DNA of 64,000 nt, taken from the NCBI GenBank assembly GCA_003971905.1, contig RSEE01000119.1, positions 62,001-126,000 on the forward strand. Reading direction: 5' to 3'. The DNA comes from Moniliella sp. 'wahieum' (lineage: Eukaryota). The notes under the pieces were generated by a model. That model had not been told where the DNA came from. It was given only the letters and a program-made list of their open reading frames with translations, and made no database searches. Below are positions 25,536 to 39,871 of the stretch, one piece after another; position 1 is the stretch's first letter, and the number at the start of each line of letters is the position of its first letter. A program made the translations under genes and the position numbers.

Positions 25536-28012
25536 ATGCTCGCTGCCCAGCTCTTCCGCACTTCCGCTCGCCGTGGGGCCGCCCTGGCCGGCACTCGCAT
25601 CCCTGCTGCCACCCGCGGGTACGCCTCGGCCACTGTCGCTGAGCAGGTCCCCGACGTGGACCCCGCGATGTTCAACGAGAAGGTCGAGATGTCGCCTCTC
25701 GAGGTCGGCAAGGGCCACTTTATCAACTACAAGCGCATCTACGACAACCTCCAGATTGTCAAGGAACGTCTCAACCCGCCCCCTCACCATGTCGGAGAAG
25801 ATTCTCTACGGCCATTTGGACAACCCCACACCCAGGACATTGAGCGTGGCGTTTCGTACCTCAAGCTGCGCCCGGACGTGCGTATCTTGCCTCTGTTCTG
25901 ACCCGTGTCCCTGGGCTAGGCGCTAACTTTCTCTTGCCCGTACAGCGCGTCGCTTGCCAGGACGCTACGGCCCAGATGGCCCTGCTCCAGTTCATGTCGG
26001 CTGGCCTGCCCAAGACGGCTGTTCCTACTACTGTGCACTGTGACCACTTGATCCAGGCTCAGGTGGGCGGTGAGGCCGACCTTGCTCGTGCCAAGCAGAT
26101 CAACAAGGAGGTGTACGACTTCCTCGCTACTTGCACGGCCAAGTACGGCATTGGCTTCTGGAAGCCTGGCTCGGGTATCATCCACCAAATCATTCTCGAG
26201 AACTACGCTTTCCCCGGTGGTCTGATGATTGGTACCGACTCGCACACTCCTAACGCTGGCGGTCTCAACATGATTGCCTGCGGTGTTGGTGGAGCTGATG
26301 CGGTGGATGTGATGGCCAACCTGCCTTGGGAGCTCAAGTGCCCCAAGGTGGTCGGTGTGGAGCTGAAGGGCAAGCTGTCGGGCTGGACGGCGCCCAAGGA
26401 CGTCATTCTCAAGGTCGCTGGCGAGCTCACTGTCAAGGGTGGCACTGGTGCCATCATTGAGTACAAGGGCACGGGTGTCTCGTCCCTCTCGGCTACCGGC
26501 ATGGCCACGATCTGCAACATGGGTGCTGAGATTGGTGCGACCACCTCGCTCTTCCCCTTCAACGAGCGCACTGAGGCCTACCTCAAGGCGACCAAGCGTG
26601 GTGACATTGCTGCGTACGCTTCCAAGTTCCAGAAGTACCTCCTTCCCGACGCCGACGCCTCCTACGACAAGCACATCACCATTGACCTTGACAACCTCGA
26701 GCCCCACATCAACGGCCCCTTCACCCCTGACCTTGCTACTCCCATCTCCAAGTTTGCTGAGGCGGTCAAGAAGAACGACTGGCCCGAGGAGCTCAAGGTG
26801 GCTCTCATTGGCTCGTGCACCAACTCGTCGTACGAGGACATGAGCCGTGCCGCGTACATTGCTGCCGAGGCTGAATCTCACGGCCTCAAGACCGTTTCGG
26901 GCTACACTGTCACGCCCGGCTCGGAGCAGATCCGCGCTACGATTCAGCGTGATGGCCAGATGGAGACGCTGGAGAAGGCGGGTGGTGTCGTGCTTGCCAA
27001 CGCATGCGGCCCTTGCATTGGCCAATGGGACCGCAAGGATGTTGCGAAGGGCGAGAAGAACTCGATCATCACCTCGTACAACCGTAACTTTACTGGCCGT
27101 AATGACGCCAACCCGGCTACGCACGCCTTTGTTGCTTCGCCCGACATGGTGACGGCCATGGCCTTTGCCGGCCGCCTCACCTTCAACCCCCTGACCGACT
27201 CGCTCAAGGGCGCTGACGGAAAGGAGTTCAAGTTCTCTGAGCCCAAGGGCATTGAGCTTCCGGCTAAGGGCTACGACCCTGGTGAGAACACTTACCAGGC
27301 TCCTCCTGCTGATGGTGCCTCGATCAACGTGGCGATCAGCCCCGAGTCGGACCGTCTGCAGAAGCTCGCGCCGTTTGCCAAGTGGGATGGCAAGAACCCT
27401 ACGGGCCTGCCCATTCTGATCAAGGCCAAGGGCAAGTGCACCACCGACCACATCTCGGCCGGTGGCCCCTGGCTCAAGTACCGTGGCCACTTGCAGAACA
27501 TCTCGAACAACTGTCTGATTGGCGCGATCAACGAGGCCAACGGTAAGGCCAACGAGGTGCAGAACAAGTTCACCGGCGAGTGGGGCGCTGTGCCGGCGAC
27601 GGCCATCTACTACCGCGAGCACGGCAAGCCGTGGGTTGTGATTGGTGATGAGAACTACGGTGAGGGCTCGTCGCGTGAGCACGCTGCTTTGGAGCCCCGC
27701 TACCTCGGCGGTCGGGCGATCATCACCCGCTCCTTTGCCCGTATCCACGAGACCAACCTGAAGAAGCAGGGCATGCTCGCGCTTACCTTTAAGGACCCCA
27801 AGGACTACGACAAGATCAAGCCCACCGACTTGGTCGACCTTGAGGGCGTGACGGAGATGGCGCCTGGCTCGACCATCACCCTGGTTGCCCACCACGAGGA
27901 CGGCTCGGAAGACAAGATTCCCCTTGCCCACACTTACAACGAGGGCCAAATTGGCTGGTTCAAGGCGGGCTCGGCGCTGAATCTGATGGCTGCTCAAGCT
28001 GGCAAGGCTTAA
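25536..28012 (+). CDS. ACO1: Mitochondrial aconitate hydratase
   Basis: Presequence [32 protein letters not shown] (intron 25878-25945); [52 protein letters not shown]; strong codon bias. Confidence 0.97.
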
Positions 28013-28993
28013 TTTCGCCGACCCCCCCCTCTCTCCTCTCCTTGTTTCTTCTGCTTTCTATCTCACAGATGGTGTATGCATGTGGAACATGTGGTAAAAA
28101 AGTGTGCGAGCTCGCACACCGTCATCGAGTCTTACTTGCATTTCTACTCACATGGCCTGTAGACTTTCGACTGTGGTAGCCGTCGTGAGATATAGCAATG
28201 CAGACAAGTCACGGTAGTAGTATAAATGGTAAACCACGCACGATCAGGATCGATGTTGGTACTAGTGTTCCAATCTCGGCAAAGGCTTCAAGCATCAAAA
28301 CTTTAAAGCCTTTTGGATGATATCGAACTTATCGACCTTGTACACCATCCCTAAAATGTCCCCGATGTACCGGTGTTTCCCTTCCACAGCAGTTCACAGC
28401 TGGTCTGATGTTACTAGTTACTGGTTACCCAAGTGTACTGTCTGGGGTTGAACGTTGATGATCGATGACAGTAAACAGATGATGTACAGATGGCACGCGT
28501 GCATGTGGATCCATCAATTATTGAAGCTGATCATATGTGCCCCAACATCCTCCCGCCGGCAGTTGGATGTCGATGGAACAATGATCATGGAGTGCATTAC
28601 TAGTACGGCGGACGAGGGGAAGAACGACGAGGCATGCGGGACGCACAGAGTTGGCAGGTGGTTGCGGCGGCCGCGCACCAAGTTTGATTTGCCGGCATGG
28701 AACTCGGCGAAGTCACCTGTTCGAACATCCTCCGCCCAGGGCGAGTTGTCCGTGTTGCAATGCCGAGAGTTAATAAAGTTTGATCCCTACCAACCGTGGT
28801 CTGGCGCCATCAGTCAAGGGACCGTGCACTCCGGACACACAACTAGCGTGGGGCGCCGCACTACACCAGTCTCACTCTCGCTGGATTGATTAACTGCGCT
28901 CATGCGTTCCTGTCCACATACCCTCAATCAGATCGACCACACCTTTCTAGCCTCTTCGGCCCACATTTTCAGCTAGCTACCTTCCGGGTTGTG

Positions 28994-29000
28994 TATATAA
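28994..29000 (+). promoter_or_regulatory. TATA box of enolase
   Basis: TATATAA about 65 nt upstream of the enolase ATG. Confidence 0.55.
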
Positions 29001-29062
29001 CCACGCATCAAGCATCCCGTACGCATCCGTTCAACATCAACATCTACCTCCCACCCTTCGCC

Positions 29063-30451
<1,389 letters not shown>

Positions 30452-32775
30452 GTATACCGATTTGGCTGCTCACGAAACGCCTCTCATGAGTTCATGACGA
30501 TCCTGCTTGTCTGCAAAACATATCCATTTTTCTTGTATACACTAGCAATTAAAGCTAAACAGGCGTGACGTATGTATCGCGTATAGCATTCTGGAAAGGG
30601 CTGTACCGATCACGGACAACACCTTAGCCACTGAAGCCCTTTTGCGTTCAATACCCCCATTCCTTTCTTTTGACCTCTGAAAGTCGTATCATGGTTGGGT
30701 AACCGGTAACCGTTCCCCGTGTAATCGCATTCATCCTTCTCCCTTATTTTTAGTGGGTCTTCCACCACGCAGTGCACTTCTGGCAATTGTTCTGTACCAA
30801 TGCCATTTTCAGTCACAGAGAGTGCTATGCAGTCTAATAGATTGTTGGCGAAGATATCTCGACTTTTCGGAAATTACATTTGCGCATGGCAACGACTCAT
30901 GTATATAGTACGGAGGGAAGGATAATGCTGATGCGAGGAATCACCTTCAACCTTCTTTAAACGTGATGCCAACAAAGAGATGCAAGAGGAGTCGCCACAG
31001 ATAGGAAGTCCTATCGATTTTCAGGCTTTGTTGGGCAAGGGCGAAGTAGCAGAAAGTGAAAGATGTTATAGGATTGCTACTTCCGGCACATACGAGACCT
31101 TGTCAGCCGTGCTGCTGCCCCGCTAATACGATGCTTCACCTCCTTTCTAGCTCCGTTCCAGTCTACCCAAAAACTGTTCAGATTCATTCAACCGTGAGTG
31201 GTCCGTCCTCCTCCAAGGGAAAGCGCCCCCATTCTCAGGCTGGTCGAGGTCCAGTCCGGCGTCAGCTCATGACATTGATTCTAATGCTAAAACGATGAAT
31301 CTAAGAGTAAGACTAAGGCTTTTGGGCCTTTTCGCTCTCCATTTTCGGCATGACATCCACCACTTCTCAAAAGAGAGGCGGCCACTTTGGAGGAAGAAGG
31401 GGAAAATGGAAAGGGAAGAAGGCCACAAGCGTACGGAACAAATGGTCCACACTCTGAGGGAGACTTCCGGTACAAAGAAGGTACAGATCTGCATTATCGA
31501 TTGTTTCTTTTGGAGCTAAATACGCAGAATGCGAATCCAGAAAACGAAAGTACCATCAGCGACGATTCAGAATCCCCTCTTCACTTCAGTTGTGAGGACG
31601 CGCACGGGGCATTATGCCAAAAGACGGCCGACATGGTTTTTGTGTACTGAAAACCGAACTTTCTGAACAGCATGTCTATCTTTGGAGATGGCTCATCGAA
31701 ACACTCACATATGTGTGTAGTGTCCCCTCTATTACTATCGCGCTCATTACTCATTCCCCTCCACTCATTAATCATTGCGTTGCATTCGGTTTGCAAGCGA
31801 ATGGTGGGAGCCAGATGGTCCCGACTTGTTGGCGATAAAGGCACTCTCAGTAGACGGAGATGGGGGAAGGGACGCAGATGGATCGCATACATCTATGGAC
31901 GGAGAGGAGGTATATCTACCTCCTCAGGAATCGGGCACAGGCGAGAGGTGGACACAGGATCTCCCAACTGATAGGAATCACGCCATAGTGCCCATACGAG
32001 CCTAGTGGGCCAAGGGCCCCCTAGCACGGCGTGAGTCTGACAGGCACCAATGGGTCTTCCTGCCTGGGTTGGCTAGCAGCGCGCGGGGGACGATGAACGA
32101 GCCTGGTAGGCGCGCTTTTTCGTTGTCCCTTGGGTCTGAATAGCTTCGTAAACGACATACATGCAGTAATGAATAACTACCAAACTCCGTCATATGCGTC
32201 ACAGACAACTGAGATATTTTCATTTCATTTCACTTTTAATCTACTTATCGAAGCTTAATTTATCGACGATCCCGTACGTTCATCTCGATCATCTCCATTC
32301 CCATTCCTATTCTGGTCATTAATTTTTGTTGTCCGTCGTCGCCCATAATATTGCCCTGCGGCTGAGGCGCTGAAGGAACAAAGTCTTAGCCCTGGGCTTT
32401 TGATCGTCGATGATCGATGATCGGGTTGGGCAAAAGATCGATTATCGAGAATTTATCTGAAGCGATTGATTCGTCGGGGACGAAGTGGGGCATCGTCGTA
32501 TACGGGGTACCCGACAGGGGACGGGACGATCGATGATTTTCGATAGGGTAACTGGGAATCGATAATCGATTATCATCAACCGGATTAACCATGGATTGCA
32601 CGATGCGTGCGTGGTACTCGAGAGTGTACTCTTCGATACAGAGAGGCAAGCGCGGAGTTATTAAACCTGTTATCGATTATCGCTTGCGATTATACAACGG
32701 AGATGACACATGTGGCGGCCACTGTGGAGTCTGTGCCTGAGGCCTGAAGGAGGAGTACGCGAGTACGGAGGTCCT

Positions 32776-32895
32776 GAGTAACTAGTTACTAGTTACTAGT
32801 AACTGAGTAACTGAGTAACTGAGTTCGATCCAATTCGGCAGTAGCGCGCAGCGTAGGCACTAGGGACTAGGACTCCTGATGCATGATGCATGATG
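32776..32895. repeat. Short tandem repeats (TAGTTAC, TGAGTAAC, TGATGCA)
   Basis: Directly visible tandem units. Confidence 0.75.
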
Positions 32896-33579
32896 GCGCG
32901 TGACACGTGACCGGTGACGGTCACTAGGTACAAGCACTAGATATTCGAGCGCTTGTGCGCGCACTTGGGCTTGAAAGCTTGAAGCGTGATTCTGACGTCC
33001 GGGGCAACCCGAAGGAGGGCCAGCTGGGAGGCGTGCTGGGATGGAGAGGCGTAACGCGTGACGTGTGACTACAATAATGTGCCTCTATGGAGTCGCTCGC
33101 TCTGTATGGGAGGGGCAGGCGAACAGGAACACCAGCCCCGTCCCCGGAAAGCCCTCCGCACCACGCATCATGCTCATCGATCATCATGCATGGTTCTGTG
33201 CGCTTGCGTGCGCACGTTGCATGCGACCGGTGACCTCACGCTTGAATGGAGTAATGACTGCCTCCTGATGCATCTGATGCGGAAAGCTGAATAATCCGCA
33301 AGCAGAGCACCAGTGCTGCTTGTTCGGTCCCAGCAGGCCCCCGGTCTGATGTCTCAGTACCTCAGTACCCTCAGCCTGGGCTCGGCATTAACGCACTATT
33401 GGCAACTTGTGGTACCTAGGTTCCTAGGGGGTCGCGATTCATGTTCATCGATCGATCATCGAGGTCCAATGTTGATGATGCTTGGGTGCCGCAGGGGGGC
33501 AGTAGCAGACAGTGTTGCCATACTTGCGTTCCAAGCGCCAAGCCCCCCAGGGCCCCAGCCCCCAAGCTGTCCGAGACTC

Positions 33580-33595
33580 GATAAGAGCAGATAAG
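33580..33595 (+). promoter_or_regulatory. Tandem GATAAG elements (candidate nitrogen-responsive GATA-factor sites) upstream of the ammonium transporter
   Basis: GATAAG at 33580 and 33590 (10-bp spacing); TATATAA at about 33803; ATG at 33942. Confidence 0.5.
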
Positions 33596-33941
33596 AAAGC
33601 TTCAAGTCAAGCTTCAAGATTGGGCCTGAGTCGGGGTAGTTGGCACACTGCTCCTCTGCCCTGTGCATCTTTCTCCACCGGGATGCACAACGCTCTGAGC
33701 GATGAAGCCAAGGCTCCACTTGTGGCCGTGAGGCTGAGCGGTTCATCAGCGATCATCGATTATCGATTACCGCGCGCCATTTCTCCTTTGCGCTCCGCTT
33801 GTTATATAACCCTCTGCCTCCACATGTGCCACGACCTGGCACCCAAATCCCCCACCCAGTTATTGCGCCCGCCTGGCACCTCGTCCACCCGCGTAAACCC
33901 CAGCGTTCGCACCCCCCACATCTGTCGTGGGCACTCACAGC

Positions 33942-35362
33942 ATGCTTGCCGACACGTACAACGCAACCCTCACCCCCGAGGGTAACATTCAAATCTGGGT
34001 TGATGGCACGGCCCAGGTATACAACCTGGGCGACATTGCTTGGGTCATCACTGCCTCGGCACTCGTCATGCTCATGATTCCCGGTCTCGGGTTTTTTCTA
34101 TGGCGGCCTGCTTCGCCGCAAAAATGCCCTGTCGATGATCTGGATGAGCATGGCCGTCATGTCGGTCGTACTTGTCGAGTGGTTCTTCTGGGGCTTTTCT
34201 CTCTCCTTTTCCGAAACCGGCTCGGCGTTCATTGGCGATCTGCGCCACTTCGGTCTGATGAAGTCGACCTGGGGCCATCGGTCGGGTCATCGAGCATCCC
34301 TTCCCTGCTGTTTCTGCCTCTACCAGGGCATGTTTGCTGCCATCACGCCCGTGATTGCTTGCGGCGCCTTCGCCGACCGTGCGCGGCTGGGTCCGATCCT
34401 GATTTCACCTTTTGCTGGAGCACCATTGTGTACTCGCCCCTGGCCAACTCGACGTGGAACAATGGCGTGGGCTGGGGCAACGTGATGGGTGGTCTCGATT
34501 TCGCTGGCGCACGCCCGTACACACGTCGTCAGGAGTGGCTGCGCTCGCCATCAGTCTGTTCCTCGGGAAGCGCAGCGGGTATGGAACTGAGCGCCTCGCG
34601 TATCGCCCCTACAATGTTTCTTACGTCGTTACGTCCGGCACTGTGTTCCTTTGGGTCGGATGGATTGGCTTCAACGGTGGCTCGGCTTTGGGGGCCAACT
34701 TGCGCGCAGTGCAAGCCAAATGGTTACCGTTGTCGCGTCTGCCATGGGTGGAATCACATGGATGTTGGACTACCGTTTGGAGGGAAGTGGTCTACTGTTG
34801 GGTTCTGTTCGGGCGTCATCAGTGGTCTGGTGGCCATCACTCCCGCATCGGGCTATGTTAGCACCCCTTCCAGCCTCGTGTTTGGCGTGGTGGGCGCGAC
34901 GGTATGCAACTTCGGTACGGGACTCAAGACGCTACTGAAGATTGATGATTCACTCGACATTTTTGCTGCGCATGCGATTGGCGGGGTGGCCGGTAACGTT
35001 TTGACTGCGCTCTTTGCCGACAACCGGGTTGCTTCATTCGATCTGTCCGACCCCATTCCAGGAGGCTGGATCAACCATCATTACATCCAACTGGGTACCA
35101 ACTGGCCGACTCGTGCTACGGTGTGGGCTGGAGCTTTGCCCTGACCCTTATCCTTCTCTTCCTCATTGATCGCATCCCTTATTGCAACTTCCGCGTGAGC
35201 GAAGAGGAGGAACTTCTTGGTATTGACCTCGCCCAAATCGGCGAGGAGGCCATGTACCAGCCCGTCGGAGTCCCAGCTGCCAACGACACCCACCTTGCGG
35301 AGACGGTACTTCCCGACCCGACGGCCACTCGGTTTCGACCGAAAAAGATGGTCCAGCTGTGA
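33942..35362 (+). CDS. MEP: Mep/Amt ammonium transporter
   Basis: GDIAWVITASALVMLMIPGLGFF, YQGMFAAITP, GGLDFAG, VFLWVGWIGFNGGS, GLVAITPASG, IDDSLDIFAAHAIGG, EEELLGIDLAQIGE. Many indels. Confidence 0.95.
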
Positions 35363-36292
35363 CGACTGCTTAATTCGCACTTTTTACTTTTCTGCATTAT
35401 TTTGAGGCATTCGGATACTTGTATCCGTTATCTTGGCGTTTATCCCATGGCCCACCGTTGCTGGCTCGCCATGGTCCTTGTGCGGTACGCAGGAGTGCCG
35501 CTCGTTTCCCTTGTGTGCGAATATATCCCTCTAACGACCTGTACAACCAGTGCGGCAGCCCGATTCATAGGAGTCTCTGTATATTACTCATGCCAGCGCT
35601 GTAAAAACCACTATATGATCAACGTCCTCATGACGGCGATGAGGGGTCGATGCTGAGAGGGCGATGGTGCAATCCGGGTGATGGTGGCGATAATCAGGAA
35701 AAGGGAGAGACTCGACCAGGAATCAAGACCATGGAGAAACTCTGCACGACTGACGTCTCTTCCCATAGTCTTCAGGGATGCATTAACCATTACATACCAC
35801 TGAACGTCGAGCGAAAACAAGACTAAGAGGCAATAGGTTCTACTGCCTGTAACTTTAGGGTACGCAATCTGATGGGGACAGCGGACCTGCCTGTAAAACG
35901 AAGAGGATGGGTTGATTTCGCCCTTTTACACCGGCCAACAAGTCGAGGCACAACGGTCGAGGCTGATGGAAGACTCGGTTCATACATTCTTTGAGCCGAC
36001 GATTGTGGAACAACGGGGCCACACCTCCGACGCAGCTCACCATCCCTACCGAGCAAGTGAACAAGGCGGGTTCAATGGGGGGGATGTGCATCGGGCAGGA
36101 CGGCCCGCAACTGAAAGTTCCCGAAGGAGCAGGTGTGCTGTAACGGGAAGCACCGAGCCCTATATCCGCTCGATAAGCCTCTCTTGGGAGGTTTACCGAC
36201 CTTACCTCGCCAATGCTACGAAAGAAGAGTTTTTATGCAAACGGACGTGAATGACGAAGAAGTCCACAGAAAAAATGTATTCTTGCCCGACT

Positions 36293-38212
36293 TCACACAT
36301 GGGCCTGGTCCTTATTCTTTAGCAAACGGATGAACATGGCCTGTAGTTCCAACGCCGACTCTTGGAGGTAGTACGCCAATTTGGCTGTATCGGATTCGCG
36401 GAGGAAACGCACCATTCAATGTGGTTCTTCTTGATGCAATACGCTACCCCATACCCATCGGCTACGACCGGTCCAAAGCCAAGGAAAGCAAGATACTCGG
36501 ACGAGATCTGGGAAGTGGACAAGCGCCAGTGCGAGCTTTGCTCAAACGCAGGATCAGTGAAGAGGGTAGGCAAGGGCTCATCTGACCCTACCATCTTCTT
36601 GAGACCAAGAAGGTGGCGGTCTACTCCTTTGCCGTCGGCGGCAGCCTTTGCGTAACGAATGTGCTGAGTGACTGCCGCTTGAAAGAGCTGGTGGATCTCC
36701 TGATCAGGCACAGTATGGTCCAGGAAGGCACGGCAGAACGCAGTACTTTCATCCGAACATGAACGAACAACTTCAGTCCTTCCATGGAGGAACTTGCGTG
36801 TCTGCGCACTCTCATACACCGCCGTAGGCCCCCATGCAACTTGTGATAGGAATTGAATCACCATCTGCACCCAGCCATCCGGGGAGACACCAAAGTTCTT
36901 GATTGTGTCCTTGCCGTACCCGATAAAGTTCTGTACCACCACTTCACACTGGCCCATGGTGGAGTCAAACTCGGCCTGCGCCGTCTTGATTGCCTCCTTA
37001 CTGAGTGGAGGGAGGTCAAAGTCAAGTCGCTCGGGAGGAGGGAGGGAAGCTCCACTGTCGCTCGTCCCCATACTGATCTTGCCTTCCGCCACAGCGGCGA
37101 GGGCAAAGTCATTAAGGCGTAGGGTGGGTGTGCCATCCATGGTGCTGTGTTCACCATTGTAGCCCGACACACCATTTTCAAACACAACAAGCTGCTGCTT
37201 GTCAAAGAATCGGTTTAATCCCCCCTTGCCACCTGTCCACGTTGCCCACGCCCTCTGGTTGGGGGTGACAGGCGAGTCGTTGTCCAAAGCCAAGATGAAG
37301 ACAGATGATTCAATTTTCTCCAGCGCCTTGCGGTTAAGAGGAGAATGGGCCACGATCAGCTCCCGGGCTTTGGCCCATGCATCTCGGTTGCCTCCAGTGA
37401 GAGCACCTAGGGAATGGGTCGCGGGCTTGCTGCTTCCGGGTCTTGGAGGATACGTTGAAGCTGCGATCGAATTTCCAGCTCCGACAGTTCCTCTCCCGAG
37501 GTAGGATGAAGGAGATCGAAGGACCAGCAGTGCCCATTGCGGAGCACGACGAGGTGATTGTTGGTGGCCGGATCAAACTTGACAGCATAGTCCACCTCGG
37601 CCCGGGGGACGACAGGAATTGAAGAGCCAGACAAAGGAGCTCATGTCCAGCGGGCCATGCTTCCCCATGTCAGGGTCCAGCTGGCCCGTTTCCACCAGGC
37701 GGCGGAAAGCAAGGAAGGCCTTTACCAAGACCGGGGCACGAAGAAGGTTGCTCTTTCGGGCGCGGTCATTGTGATGGGAGTAAAAGTAGTTGACATTGGG
37801 CATCAAGGCATCACGATAGCCAAAGTACGCCATATCATTCCACCAGTCTGCCAGCCAACTCGTCTTGGTTTTTGCCCGGGCCTCGAGGCGAGCTTGCAAC
37901 TTTTGAAAGAGCTGGGCCTCGGAGCCTTCAAGCGCAGCCTGTACCGCGGCCTCGGTCGTCTCCTTCTCTTGCCGTGTCTTATGGAAGGGATTGGTCGACT
38001 TGAGGTACTTGGGCAGAGTTTCCTCCAACTTTGGGACCGGGAGGTGGGGCAAGTTTGCTTGTCCGGCGAATAGCGGACCCTTGCGGTCCATCGCGGCCGT
38101 GTCGGCCCCTTGAACATGTCGGCACTGCTCACGCGATCCATTTTGTAGTCGTCCGGAGGGAAGCACTCGTAGTGGTGAATGTCCTGAAAGTGGAAACGAA
38201 CTGACGACGCAT
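36293..38212 (-). CDS. CAT2: Carnitine O-acetyltransferase
   Basis: LPHLPVPKLEETL, SWLADWW, NRFFDK, catalytic EHSTMDG, SPDGWVQM, YESAQTRKFLHGRTE, GKGVDRHLLGL, LSTSQ, GFGPVVADGYG. Corrected C-terminus ...KNKDQAHV*; upstream ATG at 38212 gives a presequence-like peptide. Confidence 0.92.
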
Positions 38213-39306
38213 CTCCAATGTCTAGAGGACGTGGAGAGATCCCAAATTCACAACAGCTCGGGTGCTTGTGTGTGGGTGGTGATGGGGTTGGTGAGATGAA
38301 TAAGCACTGACACACAGGAGTTGGCGGTAAGCCCAAGTGGCACTTTCGAATAGTGTGCTTTTAAATCAGAACATCTCTCTTCTATGTCCTCGGCAGAGAG
38401 TAGGGCTCGAAAGCCGGAGAAGGCTAATCACCGAGTTAACCAATGGCCCCACAGTCTAACAACGACAGCGTGTGCGCTTGCCCTTTTGCTCACATCCTCT
38501 CACCCCATCCAACTCACAACAGACGACAACTCTTAGAATACCACAGCGCATCGGCACATCCCAACCGCCCCCACCAATTAAAAAGCAGACGGAGCCCCTG
38601 CTTTAGCCGCACAATGTGGGGGTGTGGGATGCGTATACGAATATGGTATTGATGGGGAGATTAACGTTGATGTTTGCCCCACTCAATCTGTTCTATACCG
38701 CCGTGCCGGCACTCGGTGCAAGCCGTCCCGAGACCGGCGTTCCGATCTCCGGATATCCGATCTCATATGTTCAACGTTCAGTTCAAGTTGAACGTTCAAA
38801 AGCTCAGTTATCTGATAGCGTCCTCTGGCGCCTTTTCCGCGACTGGCTCAAAGGAGAATATGCCAGTGGCGCAAACGGAGCAGGATAGTCGATAGTGGTA
38901 CCAAGGATGGTGGACGGCAGGCTCCCTCCGCCTTTGATGAAAACGTGAAGAACGACCCCGTTCTCACTACATTCCCATGTTTCCTCAGGTCTCGTGGCAT
39001 CTTATTAGGGTGTGGACGCCGAGATGCGCCATGGCCAGGGGTCTCCTCGGTCATTCCCCATCGCCCCCCTGCCGCACAGGAAAAAGGGAGATGAACCTCA
39101 CCATTCCACGGGAAGAAGGGACGTGCTGACACGAGCCCACGCGCTGCTCAAGCTCTCACCTCACCCTGATCTGGGAAACTTTGGTTCGGTGGGAGGCGAC
39201 AAGTCTCCCACCGCGATTTTGTCGAAGAAGATGACCCAAAGGCATCCACAGGATCGGTGGGAGTAGCGGGATCAAACCAACTTTCGGTCACCCGTTTGAT
39301 CCCAAA

Positions 39307-39871
39307 CTGGTCCCTGATTTGTTCTATTAGACCCTACTGTTTTTCCCTTTGACTATGCTCCCCTTCTTCCTCCGTGTGACTCAACTCGCATGTTCTTCTC
39401 TGAGGCATGCATATACCTCGCCCTCTTTCCACTCCATGATATGATCCTCTCATCCTTTCCCCATCTCCTATCTCCTGTTACATCGTCACGGATGGGGTAT
39501 TATTACTGAAAATTTCCATCACGGCACTGATCCTACTAAGTTGATACAGCTTGACCATCATGGAGGGGGCGGCGGGCACGCTCTTTGTCATATGACCATG
39601 ACCACAAGTCCCAAAAGAACCTCAGATTCTCAACAGAGTTCGCATCCATCACACCTCCTTAGGAATCAGATACACCTGATCACACACAGTTGTCAGGTTG
39701 GCTGGATCCTGTGATCTGTGCTAACCCCTGTTTCCCCCCTGTTGCCTATGCTCTCACCCTTTCTTTCTCTGTGTGACTCAGTCCACCTTTTCTGAGGTAT
39801 ACATATACCTCGCCTTCTCTCTACTAAAAGATATGATCCTCATCCCATTCCTCATCTTCATCTCCTGTTAA
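39307..39871. repeat. Two diverged direct repeats of about 170 bp (39307-39482 and 39702-39871), possibly solo-LTR remnants
   Basis: Shared ordered blocks CTATGCTC, GTGTGACTCA, TCTGAGG, CATATACCTCGCC, GATATGATCCT, ATCTCCTGTTA; the first copy reads TGTAACAGGAG at its start on the minus strand. Confidence 0.7.

Noticed and set aside
25916..27997. 693-aa antisense ORF opposite aconitase (also the 330-aa ORF opposite enolase)
   Set aside because: These are expected shadow frames from strong GC3 codon bias, with no independent motifs.
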